Shown: one piece after another, positions 1 through 12,898 of the stretch
How positions within the stretch are numbered: position 1 is the stretch's first letter
Layout: each line of letters begins with the position of its first letter
Source of the DNA: Octopus sinensis
Taxonomy: Eukaryota
DNA: 64,000 nt
Direction of reading: 5' to 3'
Assembly (NCBI RefSeq): GCF_006345805.1
Contig: NC_042999.1
Location: forward strand, 53,754,001-53,818,000
Translations under genes and position numbers: made by a program
The notes under the pieces: generated by a model
The model's input: only the letters and a program-made list of their open reading frames with translations
Databases searched by the model: none
What the model was told of the DNA's origin: nothing

Positions 1-373
1 CCGAAATTTGGGGGGAGGGGGTCAGTCGATTAGATCGACCCAAGTACGCAACTGGTACTTAATTTATTGACCCCGAAAGGATGAAAGGCAAAGTCGACCT
101 CGGTGAAATTTGAACCCAAAACGTAAAGACAGACGAAATACCTATTTCTTTACTAACCACAAAGGGCTAAACACAGAGAGGACAAACAAGGATAGACAAG
201 CGGATTAAGCCGATTATATCGACCCCAGGGCGTAACTGGTACTTATTTAATTGACCCCGAAAGGATGAAAGGCAAAGTCGACCTCGGCGGAATTTGAACT
301 CAGAACGTAGCGGCAGACGAAATACGGCTACGCATTTCGCCCAGCGTGCTAACGTTTCTGCCAGCTCACCGCC
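1..373 (-). mobile_element. tRNA-derived SINE, family A (head GGCGGCGAGCTGGCAGAA), with duplicated body
   Basis: The head near 373 has A-box and B-box-like GAGTTCAAATTCC motifs. The block GTCGACTTTGCCTTTCATCCTTTCGGGGTC occurs twice, and the same family recurs across the window. Confidence 0.85.
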
Positions 374-1309
374 TTACAGATGAAGAATATAAGATCATAT
401 GATGAAGGGTTGATTGCCCTGGTGGAACAGATAACATAATTCGTACATCATTTAGGTCTGAACATTTGCAATCTGTGTTCAAATCTAGAATGCGCCACGT
501 TCAAATTTGCATTTCATTCTTCCGGTGTGGTGATGGGATAAAATTAGTAGCTGTCAAGTACTGGGACGAATTTAAAATTCATATCGTCATCTTCGAAATG
601 AATGGAATTATAATAAATGACTCCGTAGACAAAACGGTTTACTTTTCATGTAATAAATCTGTTGACATTAAACAAATCTTCATATTATAACGGAAAAAAA
701 AATCCGAGGTTTTTCGAGAGAACAAGTGAAACAGTTGTTTGTAATAAAATTTCTTTTCACGTAGTTTTATTCCATCGAATTCATTAGCGACTTGAATAAG
801 ATTGAATATGTTAACACTTTCAAATAATAGTGAAATACAGCTTCAGAGGAGATTGGTAACTGAGATAGGCAACCACAAGACAATGGTATGAATAATTATA
901 AGGTGCGTGTACGATCTCCTCCCACAGTGACACAGGCATGACTACAAGAAATTAGATTTTCAGTCTCTACGATCTGGCCATAGATAACAATATACTCTAT
1001 TAATATTCCCTTCGTTGAATGAGCTTCTTTATAACATTGTTTGGTAGAAAATAAGAACATACAGGAGACACAATGATTAATAAAATAGAGTATAATAGAA
1101 ATGCCTTATGAATTAATGAGATTAGCAATCAGGAAATGTCAATAATTAAAATGGAAAATGAATGGATTGCTACTGACCAAATGGTTAGCGTTTATGATCG
1201 ATAGTTCTATATTTCAATTAGTTATTACACTATACTGTTGTTCAATTTCCTTAAATAATTCATTTACGACCATACATATATAACGTATATACATACATGC
1301 ATATACATA

Positions 1310-1410
1310 TGTATACACACGCACACACGCACACACGCACACACACACAAACACACACGCACACACGCACACACACACACGCACACACGCACACACACAC
1401 ACACACACAT

Positions 1411-1482
<72 letters not shown>
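1310..1482. repeat. (CA)n-(TA)n compound microsatellite
   Basis: Read directly from the sequence. Confidence 0.95.
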
Positions 1483-1487
<5 letters not shown>

Positions 1488-1637
1488 GGCGTTCACGCAC
1501 TAGAAAAATCTTCTTCCCTAAAAAGTTAGTAACATCGTCATAAAAGATTTGATAACATTTTTTTTTTTTAAATAATTTTTTTAAAATCACCTTTTCAATT
1601 CAGAATCTTGTATTAATTAGTTCTCATAGACTTTCAA

Positions 1638-1670
<33 letters not shown>

Positions 1671-1854
1671 ACACACACACACACACACGCAGACACACAC
1701 ACACGCACAGTCTATGAGAACTAATTAATACAGATTCTGAATTGAAAAGGTGATTTTTAAAAAAATAGTCTTTTTTAAAAAATGTTATCAAATCTTTTAT
1801 GACGATGTTATTAACTTTTTAGGGAAGATTTTTCTAGTGCGTGAACGCTTTCAT
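1483..1854. mobile_element. Foldback/MITE-like element with about 150-bp inverted arms around a (CA)n loop
   Basis: 1483-1632 is the approximate reverse complement of 1709-1854 (ATGAAGGCGTTCACGCACTAGAAAAATC ... GATTTTTCTAGTGCGTGAACGCTTTCAT). Confidence 0.8.
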
Positions 1855-1867
1855 TTAGTCTTATATA

Positions 1868-1995
<128 letters not shown>

Positions 1996-2064
1996 TATAT
2001 TGGTTTCAAATTTTGACACAAGGCCAGGAATTTCGGTGTGGGAGTGTAATTTCATTACATTGAC

Positions 2065-2421
2065 ACCCCCACCCTTCTCAGCTGGTACTTATTTTTTCGA
2101 TTCCGAATGGATTGTAAGTCACAGTCGACTTCGACGAAATTCGAACTCAGAATGATCGAAGGAAGTATTGGATGTTGTTTTACATCGCTGGTCTCAATCC
2201 ACTTTGCATCATTTTGGTTTTCAAATGTTGCCACACCGTTGGGTAGGCGAACAAGCCAAAATTCACCCTTGATCGGGAGGGTGGCCCGTCGCAGGTGTAC
2301 TCATTTACAGCTGCGTGAACTGGAGTAACGTGACATGCAGTGCTTTGCTCAAGAAATGAAGTATTAGATCCCACGATCTAGCGATCGTCAGTGAAACACC
2401 CGAGCCGCTAGGCCACGTGCC
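2065..2421 (-). mobile_element. Degenerate SINE fragments (family A body plus family C)
   Basis: It resembles the family A body (GCTGGTACTTATTTT..CGA) and the family C block AGCTGCGTGAACTGGAGTAACGTG..TTGCTCAAGAA seen intact at 31.1-31.4 kb. Confidence 0.55.
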
Positions 2422-2469
2422 AATGAAACACCCTAACTACTTGGACATGCGGCCATGTATATGTCTGTG

Positions 2470-2484
2470 TGTGTATATATATAT

Positions 2485-2529
<45 letters not shown>

Positions 2530-2536
2530 GTGTGTG

Positions 2537-2582
<46 letters not shown>

Positions 2583-2616
2583 TATACATATGTGTGTGTA
2601 TATTATATATATATAT

Positions 2617-2663
<47 letters not shown>

Positions 2664-2742
2664 TATATAAACATATATATATATAGAACTATATATAAAT
2701 ATACATGCATATATATATATATATATAGAACTATATATAATA

Positions 2743-2781
<39 letters not shown>

Positions 2782-2838
2782 CTATATATAAATATACATG
2801 TATGTATATATATATAGAACTGCATATAAATATACATG

Positions 2839-2920
<82 letters not shown>
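2470..2920. repeat. (TA)n array with an embedded minisatellite unit AGAACTATATATAAATATACATG (about 4 copies)
   Basis: Read directly from the sequence. Confidence 0.85.
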
Positions 2921-3974
2921 TATGTATGTATGTGTGTGTGTATTACTTCGTATCAAAGATTAATAAACACACACACACACTCACAAACACTCTCTCTCTA
3001 CCAATGAAAGTGACTACGGATAAAGTTTTTTCCCACTTGCATAACCAGTTCTAGATCTACATTGTCGGTAAAACTATGTTTCTTTATTGTCAATGGAGTT
3101 GTTAATGCACCAAGCGATCTGAATGTTCCTGGTTTTAGGTGACATGTTGACATCAAAGTTAAAATAGAACATTTATTACCATCAACAAAGGAAGTTAGAT
3201 ACCAAAACAATAATGCCATCTCAGGTAAATAAGGACATATTACTTGCTAGACATAATACTAAATGCAAGCTTACTCTCACGTTTTTATTTCCTGTTCGTA
3301 CATGGCGAATCAGCGAAATATCTCGAGGCAAGATTTCTAACAGGATTTTTTACTTTATCGCTTTTGTTTGTTTGGTTGGTTGTTTTATTCTCATATTTCT
3401 CTTTATAAATATAACAATAATAACAATAACAAAATCAGCGGTAGCAGCAACAACTACTATAGTTATTGTTAGTGATGTTGTTGCTGTTGCTGCATCTGTT
3501 TTACTTCTGAGAGATTTCGGTCTTACTTACGCTGGTTGATTCTGAGAGAGCGGACAGCAGCCTGTTGTCAGAGGACTCACAGGGTCCCTTTCGCCATTTC
3601 ATTAACGCACAACAGATTAAACTGTTTGAGAGGACACAAATATACGAGACCCAATATCAGACCTGTCATGACTGCCCGTCTGGTAAGTGTACACCAGGCA
3701 CATGCATCACACACAACCATATATGCACGACATAGTGACCTCATATGAAGATATGTAGTTCATGACCTTACAGGTGGGGCCCAGTTAGATTTTTCTTCGG
3801 GTTGAGTAACCCCTCCGCTCAAAAGGTCTCTGAAAGGTTACTTAAGGATGATGAAAGAAACATTTGTATTTCCAGAGGTGAATTATGTAAGCCCCAACGA
3901 CTTCCTCTCAACACATGGCTAAGATGATTCCCCCAATTATACATCATTATTATTTTTATTAACATTATTTTTAT

Positions 3975-4460
3975 CACAGGTTTTGTTGGAGCTTCTGCAG
4001 TCCTACATGCTTAGCGGGCTTGCTACCGACTGTATCATGCTATCCATTCTTTTCAGCCAGCTAAAACTTTCCTGCTTATTCTGGCCGTACTAATTAGGCA
4101 AATCTTTTGTAACAGTTCTACTGGACAGTATTTCAATTTCCTTTATATTCTCCCTGATGCATTTTGATACTCTTCCCAAGGACCTAACAATAATTGGCAC
4201 TATCTTCACCTTCATTTTCCATAGCCAGGCTATTTCATACTTAAGAGGGTTGTAGTTATCTATCTTTTAGCCTTCTGTCTTGAATATTCGTGGTTCAAAT
4301 GGGAATTGCAACATCAACTATATAGCATATGTGGCGCACCTTGTCCACAACCACTCGATCCGGTCTGTTATTCTCTAGCACCTGATATGTTTGGATTGAG
4401 AAATCCCAGAGGATTTTGCTTGTCTCCGACTCTTCCACTCTCTGCGGTTTGTGTTACATC
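3975..4460 (-). mobile_element. 3' fragment of an RLE-type non-LTR retrotransposon (R4/Dong-like)
   Basis: The minus strand encodes ILWDFSIQT..NNRPDRVVVDK..IVDVAIP and LKYEIAWLW..IVPIIV..LG..LLQKICL, a restriction-like endonuclease with frameshifts. The 3' tail is TAA-rich. Confidence 0.75.
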
Positions 4461-4679
4461 GACCAGCTGACAACTAGGAATGCGATAAGGAAGAAAGGAA
4501 AGCCAATAGATATGACAGGTTAACTTGGGAAGGAGCTCGAAAAATAAGACGTTTTTACCTTAGTTCACTGGTAGTGAACGGCTGATACTGTAGTACAACT
4601 CCAGCGTTAGAAGCTGTGCAAAGGCAACCATAAAAATAGTAATGATAGTTATAATAAACAAAAAAAAGATATAGACAAA

Positions 4680-5453
4680 GCAATATCTCAACAGTGGCAG
4701 AGAAACCCAAGACTGAAAGCAGAGAGTGAAGGATTTTTAATTGCAGCACAAGACCAAAGCCTTCTAATCAGAAATTACTAAAAACATGTAATGAAAAGAA
4801 ATACTGCAGAATATGGGGAGATGGAGAAGAAACAATAAATGATATTATCTCTGACTTCCCAGTCCTGGCTAATAAGGAATATATTCACAGACACGACAGA
4901 TTTGGGACCTATATACACTGGAAGCTATGCCAACACTATGGAATAACATGCCAACACTATGGAATAACAACAGAAAAAGATGGTATAAACACACGCCAGA
5001 AAAGATCACAGAACAAGAGAAAGCAACCATACTATGGGATATGCCAATACACACAGATAGAGAAATTAAGGCCAATAGGCCGGATATAGTTGTCAGAGAT
5101 CATGAAGAAAAGGAAATGTTTTCTAATTGATGTATCAACACCAACAGATGACAATGTTTCTCTAAAAGAAACGAAGAAACTTTCAAAATATAAAGACCTG
5201 GAAACAGAGGTAACTCGAATGTGGAGTCTGAAAACAGAAATTATTCCTATAATGGTAGGCCATTAGGTATGAGAGAAAAATAGGCGCAGGAGTGGCTGTG
5301 TGGTAAGTAGCTTGTTTACCAACCACATGGTTCCGGGTTCAGTCCCACTGCTTGTCACCTTGTGCAAGTGTCTTCTACTATAGCCTCGGGCTGACCAAAG
5401 CCTTGTGAGTGAATTTGGTAGACGGAAACTGAAAGAAGCCCGTCGTATATATG

Positions 5454-5511
<58 letters not shown>

Positions 5512-5945
5512 TTGTGTGTCTGTGTTTGTCCCCCTAGCATTGCTTGACAACCGATGCTGGTGTGTTTATGTTCCCGTCACTTAGCGGTTCGGCGAAAGAG
5601 ACCGATTGAATAAGTACTGGCCTTACAAAGAATAAGTTCTGGGGTTGAGTTGCTCGATTAAAGGCGGTGCTCCAGCATGACCGCAGTCAACTGACTGAAA
5701 TAAGTAAAAGAGTAAAGAGTAAAGAGTAAATACCTAAGAAAAATACCAGGACTTACAAGTATATATAACAGAAAAATATAGCACTACTAGGCAGCGCACA
5801 CATCCTACATAAAACACTTTCAATACAGTAAAAATGAGGATATCACAACAGACTTACAGCACATACCCAAGACACATAGAGCTGCGCTTGGCAGTGTAGT
5901 GAAAGCGCGTGATAAACATAAGACTGCTGAATATAACAATAACAA
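4680..5945 (+). mobile_element. 3' portion of an R4/Dong-like LINE (zinc knuckle plus RLE), interrupted by a SINE
   Basis: It is the same family as 55520-57647 (..AESEGFLIAAQDQ, HRHD..GTYIHWKLC, ILWDMPIHTDREIKANRPDIVV). It has frameshifts and a 21-bp tandem duplication at 4927-4968. Confidence 0.88.
5283..5730 (+). mobile_element. tRNA-derived SINE, family B (head GGCGCAGGAGTGGCTGTGTGG), full length, nested in the LINE
   Basis: It has an A box, the B box GGTTCAGTCCC, an internal (TA)(TG) microsatellite and a (GAGTAAA)n tail. It splits the LINE coding sequence. Confidence 0.9.
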
Positions 5946-6089
5946 TAAGCCTACTTTCTTTATTTAATCACTTCGGGTTCACAAAATGCATTTGGGGATG
6001 ATAGAGTAGAATGGAATCTGGTGTCGCAAAAGTGCAAAAAGCAAAAACTACAAAAGTATAAATTTTAACAATGCATAAGTACCGAAAGG

Positions 6090-6790
6090 AGGGAGTCTTC
6101 CTAGGGCTGGTCGTGGAAACTCCACAAACCTATTGAGGCCCTGACCACTAGGGCAAGTCCCCTCTCCACATCATCTACAGCTGCAGGCCTGCCATATTCA
6201 CCCGCCCTTTAACAAAATTGCTAGGAGACACCCCTCACTGTAGCCCCACTTTCTATTACGACTGAAACTAGAAAATGTTGATGAGGGCTTGGCTAAATAG
6301 AGGTGTGACTTCATCCCTTTCAATCTGGCCCACGACACAACGTCTTTTGCTACAGCCACCACACAAACAAAGACTGCCTGCCCTTCCCGGCCAATCAAAG
6401 GCGGTTGGACGATCTTCAAAATGGACTCAGCTGATGGCTAGATTCATCCTACAAGTGACAGCAAGTTAGACATAAACCCACAAGTCAGCAATACTCAGGT
6501 ACTGGATGAGAGGGTGCAGTACAGTTTCTTCACGCAGTGCATGTCTCGGGCAAGCCCGTCTGACGGCACTTCCATATCTGTAGACTTTATCCCGAACCTG
6601 AAATGTTCCCTGGTAGCATTGCTAGGCCAAGGATTTCAGGCAATTATCCATAGGTTCCAGTCCGAAAGTTCTCCGGAACAGACCAGCCAATTGATTTTCG
6701 TCGACGCCCAGAGTCTTCCCTTGAACGTCATTTTACTTTGCGCTACTAACCCTCCATAGAACACCTGAATGGAATTTCCACCAATCGCGT
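6090..6790 (-). mobile_element. Degraded 3' end of a Tx1/L1-clade LINE
   Basis: The minus-strand translation FYGGLV..., IVQPPLIGREGQAVFVCVVAVAKDVVSWARLKG resembles the C-terminal domain of Tx1-like ORF2. It contains many stops. Confidence 0.55.
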
Positions 6791-6799
6791 TGTCCTACG

Positions 6800-6955
6800 T
6801 TTTGGAGGGAGAGGGATTGTGAACCCCATTGCCCAACTGGTACTTATTTCATAGACCCTTAAAGGATGATAGGCAAAGCTGACCTGGCGAAATTTGAACT
6901 CAGGACTTAGACAGACGAAATGCCCAGCTTTCTAACGATACGGCCTGCTCACGCT
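6800..6955 (-). mobile_element. SINE family A, degenerate
   Basis: Contains CTGGTACTTATTT..GACCC..AAAGGATGA..GGCAAAG..GACCT..GAAATTTGAACTCAG. Confidence 0.7.
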
Positions 6956-7592
6956 GATAGTAATGTTAGTGATATAATTAGACTTTGAAGCTCCTTACTC
7001 CTGCACCGAAGCATCGATGCAGCTATATCAGGGCAACATGATTTAAATCCAAGATAAACCATATAAGACTATGACAATTAGCAATAGCGGAATGTAAGTA
7101 AATGAATGAGAAGACCGGGACTTGAGGATAGTCTTAACGACTGAGATGCGACTGTAATCGTTAATTAATAATAATAATTAATAATAATCTATTCAATGAA
7201 CAGTGTCAATCTATATCTCGTAACGCGCTCTTCATTCTGCGTATTATTATTTGGTGGTGCGCTGACAGAACAAACTCGCTAGAATCCATGATGAGAAGTA
7301 TCAACTGGGTGCTGTCATTAAAAAACCTTTCTGAATGACTTCATTTAGAGTGAAACATAAGATTAACAACCACACAGTAAACTAAACAGTGAGTGCAGTT
7401 CTATCAATTTTGTTTGATATTTAGCTCGTTTGTTTATATTTCTCCATCAGCTCTTATCTCTTCTGACCTTCTACTGTCATCATTGACACCCTTCTGAGTC
7501 GTGATTGTTTTTCAAATCCGCTTCCCGCTTTCACATATTTCCTTCTTTCAAAACAATATTCTGATTGAGTCAAAATATAAAAGTAATTCAGC

Positions 7593-9142
7593 ATGGTTTC
7601 AGTTCGTCTACTGACTGGCTGCTTCAACAATGCCAGTGTCCACCTGTCTATAGTCATTATTTACATACTGTTTGGCATTCTCTGGAACTTTCACCGCTGT
7701 CAAGCAGCTGATACATTCGTCCACACCACAAATGGATACATTCGAGGAATTTACAATGCCTCCACAAATGTCACAGAATTCCGAGCGATTCCTTACGCCA
7801 AGAAACCAATCGGTAAATTACGTTTTGTCCCTCCAGTTCTTGCTGAATCTTGGACTGGAGTTTACGATGCCACAAAATATTCTGCAGCTTGCATGCAGCG
7901 AACACATTCTGATCCCAACAGTAGACCAGAAAGAATGTCAGAAGATTGCCTCTATTTAAACCTATACATACCTGGTATGGTCACCTCCCAGTCTACGAAC
8001 TTGACATCGTTGTCAGAGAAACCAGTTATGGTTTGGATTCACAGCGGCGGTTTTATGTTTGGACAAATTAACAATATAGACTTTACGTTTCTTTGCCGCC
8101 AAAGCAATATTATCATAGCCGCTATGGCCTATAGATTAGACATATTTGGATTTTTGAGCTTTCACAACAAACTGTTGCCGGGAAATGCAGGTCTATTAGA
8201 TCAGAACATGGCCATTAATTGGGTAAAGGATAATATCGAACGATTTGGAGGAGATCCGTCTAAAATAACACTGTATGGAGAATCTTCAGGGGCTTCTAGT
8301 ATATTTTATCATATAGCAAGTCCACACACCGAGGGGCTATTTCAACGAGCAATCATCGGAAGTGGTTCCTTCATTCAAGGTAAAGACCAGCATAAAGTAA
8401 TTCTCAAAGCTCTTACCATGGTTGATTGTGCAAAAATACCTGTTCTAAAGATCACAGACTTTTCGACATTAACAACACCACAAAATATGGTTTTATTAGA
8501 CTGTTTCCAGAATCAAACTACAGAGCGACTCGTCAACATCACTCAGACGTTTCCTAAATATACATTTGTTCCAGTTGTGGATAATAATTATGTACCTCAC
8601 AAATTAAAATATACATTTCATCACAATTCTAAACAAAAAAGAAATATTCACTGTTTAGTTGGAATAAATAAAGATGGCTTCCCTGTAAAATTTACAAAAA
8701 ATATTAACAGCCGACAACTGTTCGATAGGAGTCTCAAGTCATTGAATAGAATGCGTTCACTTGAAGATCATGTTATAGTTAATGATGACAACCTGTTTCA
8801 AACTAGTAGCTCTAACATCTACGCAAAAGCGGCGGTTCTATCCAAATATCTCCCAGAAGATGATTCCTATAGAAGGGCACTGCTGGATGCCTACAATGGA
8901 AAATACTCAACTTTAATCCAAAGATTATTACTCAAATTAACTGAGTCGCAGATATATTTCTATTATTTTACTCCGAGACCATCGTTTGCACGAAAAGACG
9001 CCATCATGGCGGCTTCATATACGGACGAACTTCCATTTGTTTTCGGTAACGCCGTCATAGATGACGAATTAAGGGCAACAGAAGACGAAAAGAAACTAAG
9101 CGTTGACATAATGAACGCCTGGGGAACTTTTGTTTCTTTTGG
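7593..9142 (+). CDS. Coding exon 1 of a cholinesterase/carboxylesterase type-B-like (COesterase fold) membrane protein
   Basis: The 517-aa ORF has an N-terminal hydrophobic signal peptide (likely cleavage CQA|AD) and the family motifs FRAIPYAKKP, SEDCLYLNLY, VMVWIHSGGF, YRLDIFGFL, GNAGLLDQ, FGGDP and GESSG. The apparent TGA stop lies inside a strong phase-2 donor (GG|GTGAGT at 9142/9143), after WGTFVSFG, the NFAKTG-equivalent position. Confidence 0.95.
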
Positions 9143-9317
9143 GTGAGTAAGATATCTTTGTATTTCCGAATGTTTTGCTTTTATGCCCAGAGGTCTTATT
9201 TTCAATACAATATCGTACAATAAGATTACATATTAGAACAACCAGTTTCTCCGTCTGGTCAAGACTTACGTATGTAGGCCTTTCGGCTTATTTACACTGG
9301 ACATTCTTATTTTTACC

Positions 9318-9680
9318 TTTTACTTGATTCAGTCATTAGACTGTGACCATTGTGCAGCACTGTCCTGGAGGACTTTTTCCTGAATGTATCTACCCCAGCA
9401 TTTATGTTTTTAAGCCTGGTATTTATTCAACGCTAAGTTACGGGACGTAAACACACCAACACCGGTTGTCAAGCAGTTGTGGGGGAAAAATACTGGCATG
9501 AAGACACATTCAGGTACACACACACACACACACATATAGCGGGGTTCTTTCAGCTGTCATTTATCAAATCCACTCAGAAGAGTGTAGCTAAAGACACATG
9601 CCCAAAATGCCATACAGGTCGGACTGACTCCGAAATCTTGTGGTTAGTGTTGCGAAGCAGACTTCTTACCAACGCCGCCC
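9318..9680 (-). mobile_element. SINE family B, degenerate, at the start of intron 1
   Basis: Reverse-complement similarity to the family B head, middle and tail blocks. Confidence 0.6.
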
Positions 9681-9931
9681 CGCCGACGCTTTCGTATTTG
9701 TGCTTTCCTCAATTCCCCAACGCCCTCGTGCATTACTATACACTAATGTGGACCTCATATTGTTCTGTTGTTGTTGTTGTTGTTGTTAATGTCCTATAAA
9801 AGTAATGTTTGACACGTATCAGAATTCATTTTAAAGTACGGTGGGGAATTGAGAAAATATAGCACTAAGGCATAGACTTCGCTGTATGGTCTGGGGTTTG
9901 AATCCCACATCCATATATATATATATAAATT

Positions 9932-10010
<79 letters not shown>

Positions 10011-10283
10011 GAAATATATTGCAAAAATATAAAATTCACGTGGAAATGTAAGGTGAAAATAAGAAAAATCAGCGAAAATCTATATTGTAAGTAAAAAAAA
10101 GAAAAGGCTTTTTTATGACAATTAACGACAAATATATACATTTAGATGGACTGAGGTAGTAATAAGAGTCATAAAAGTCATTATTATGAGATGATTATAA
10201 GATGATAATAAAGTCGTATGTATTATGTATGTGTATATATAAATATACGTTACAATATGATAGATCAGAAGAGCACACACTAT

Positions 10284-10354
<71 letters not shown>

Positions 10355-10421
10355 ATATGTGTGTGTGTGTGTATACATACACAAACACAGAAACGACAGC
10401 ATCGCAACACAAATATATATG

Positions 10422-10478
<57 letters not shown>

Positions 10479-10499
10479 GTGTGTGCGTGTGTGTGTATG

Positions 10500-10710
10500 T
10501 ATGTATATGTTTGTGTGCCTGTTTCTCACCATTGCTTGACAACCGATTTTGGTATGTCTATGGTCCCGTAACTTATCTGTTCGGGAAAAGATATCGATAG
10601 AATAAGTACTACGCTTACAGAGAATAAGTCCTGCCGTTGATCTTTTCGACTAAAAGTGATACTCCAGCATGGCCACAATCAAATGACTGAAAAAATGAAA
10701 GAATAAAAGA
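10500..10710 (+). mobile_element. SINE family B, 3' half
   Basis: Contains TTGCTTGACAACCGAT..GATAGAATAAGTACTA..CTCCAGCATGGCCACAATCAAATGACTGAA. Confidence 0.8.
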
Positions 10711-10725
10711 ATATATATATATATA

Positions 10726-11121
10726 TCTTTATATATAAAAGAGAGGTTGTGTGCTGTCTGTCTCCTACGATTTAGATTCCTAACTACTCCCACATTTTGC
10801 GTTGCAGTTTAACCAAAACCGAGTATCTTATAGTCGTGATTCATATGGAGCCCTTCTGGGTATTAGCGCGTGTCTACGATGAGTCTACGATTAAAAAAAA
10901 CAATTACCATCAATTTTTCACATTTTTAATGCATCATTGGCATATATAAGGGAAGTAACTCTCTAAAAATTTATTATTAAATCTCAGAACGTAAAAAGCT
11001 ACAGTAACACCCCACCTTTGTGGTTAGCCATATTGAGATGGCTATTATACTTTACATCTCTAAAAATGCTTATATAGTTATTTCCCTTACAAACCCGAGC
11101 AACGCCGGGCGATACTGCTAG
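10726..11121 (+). mobile_element. Non-autonomous Helitron (396 bp)
   Basis: It starts A|TCTTTATATATAAAA and ends with the hairpin CCCGAGCAACGCCGGG followed by CTAG|T. It sits between A and T with no TSD, which are the canonical Helitron termini. Confidence 0.8.
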
Positions 11122-11704
11122 TATATATATATATATATCTGTGTGTGTGGGCATATATTATATATCTATACGTGTGTGTGTCTGTGTGTGTAGGTATATA
11201 TGTATTAAAACAGTTATGTGTATATAGATAGATAGATACATAGATATGTATGCATGTATGTATGTACACGCACACGCGCACACACGCACACTTACACACT
11301 CATGCATACACATATATCCACACACGCACACCCTCACGCACTCATAAACACATATACACATACTCGTATGCATGGATACACCCACACACACACACACACA
11401 CTAATACGCACATACACATACATGTACGCCCTTACACACACGACCTTGTACATACTCATAAACACATATATACACACACGCACATTTACGCACATATACG
11501 CACATTGTCACATCCGCATATGCACACACGCAAGTACATACGCACCCAATGTTTACCTCGTCTCTTGCCTCTCACCACCAAATGGAACGGCGGCCACTAA
11601 ACTATTTGTTTATACACACATAACTCTCATAAGCACAAAAACACACGCACGCAATTACTACCGCATAAACACACATACACACACACACGCAATTACTACC
11701 GCAT

Positions 11705-11742
<38 letters not shown>

Positions 11743-12108
11743 AAACACAGTTCCTCTTCGCACTCTTCTGTCCCAGAAAACTGCTTTACCTATCCCTTTC
11801 CACGTGCGGTCACTTCAGCGATGTAACTACACACCTGCTGTTGGTGCTATTTTCCCCCTCTGGACATTCCCGCTTTCCTTTATGATAGAGGGTGAAATGT
11901 GGAGGCCTCAAAAACCTTCTCTTTGTACCACTTTATCGAGCGTCAACCTAATTCATTCCATGTGCTCGTTCTCTTGTTGTTTGGTGGTTATTTTTAGTGC
12001 TCTATTGTTCGATTTTACTATGTATGTATTTAAACAATTTGTGATCTTTCGTCTTGACACGCATGCTTGTCATTATTGTTCGTTAACTTCGGGAAAATTA
12101 TTTTTATT

Positions 12109-12344
12109 TAAAGTGGTGGTATGTTGTCAAATTAATGTGACAGGGAAGAATTCTACTGCTATTTAGCTCTGGGATGCATCGCTTCCAGTCGGCCTTGACA
12201 TATTTCCTGTGCCCTTTGCAAACATAAGGACACAGGAAATGTGTCGAGGCCGACAGCAAGCGGTGCTTCCTAGGGCTACATAGCAGTAGTATTCTTCCCT
12301 TTCATGGGACTGTCACATTAAGTTGACAGCATACCACGACTTTA
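12109..12344. mobile_element. Foldback MITE-like palindrome (about 108-bp arms, 9-nt loop), TA at both ends
   Basis: 12109-12216 pairs with 12226-12344, with about 14 mismatches and one 11-nt insertion. Confidence 0.8.
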
Positions 12345-12864
12345 TCGTGTTACTACTGTATAAATCTCTCTGAGAGATTTAGAAATGTTTTATTTCTATT
12401 TTTATTTATCGTGAAGTATATTTGCCACCTAAATGTGGTTAACCCTTAAGGGTCGATGCTACTGTAGCTTGTAGCCACAGGAAGACACCTCTTCCAGCTG
12501 GTTATTGACACACTATCTGTGCCCTATCAGTATTTGCAAAGGGAAGTCATCGTTCCCATCTCCAACCTGACGTGATACACACGGACCCGGGTTTCAGAGT
12601 ATTGACCCGTCATTTGTGTGTGAAAACTACCGGTTGGCGATGGGAAGTGAAAGAGGAGAGAGTGAATGATGTATGTACGTGTATATGAAATGGGCGTGTG
12701 TGTATGTGTGTGTGTATATGAGAGAGAGAGAGAGAGAGAGAGCGTGCGTGTGTGAAGGGGTGTGTTGTCATGTATACATACATACATAAATACATATGCA
12801 TACATCTTGTTTGTACTACGTATGTGTGTGCGTGTGTGAGACAGAGATGGATGTCTAAGTAGCA

Positions 12865-12898
<34 letters not shown>

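Noticed and set aside
9018-9020. Rescue of the catalytic His by A-to-I editing
   Set aside because: TAT to CAT needs U-to-C. ADAR editing of TAT would give TGT (Cys).
7593-9146. The 517-aa ORF as a complete intronless gene
   Set aside because: Its TGA is part of a consensus GTGAGT donor, and the missing WPxY/FWN end of the fold is found in frame at 39765.
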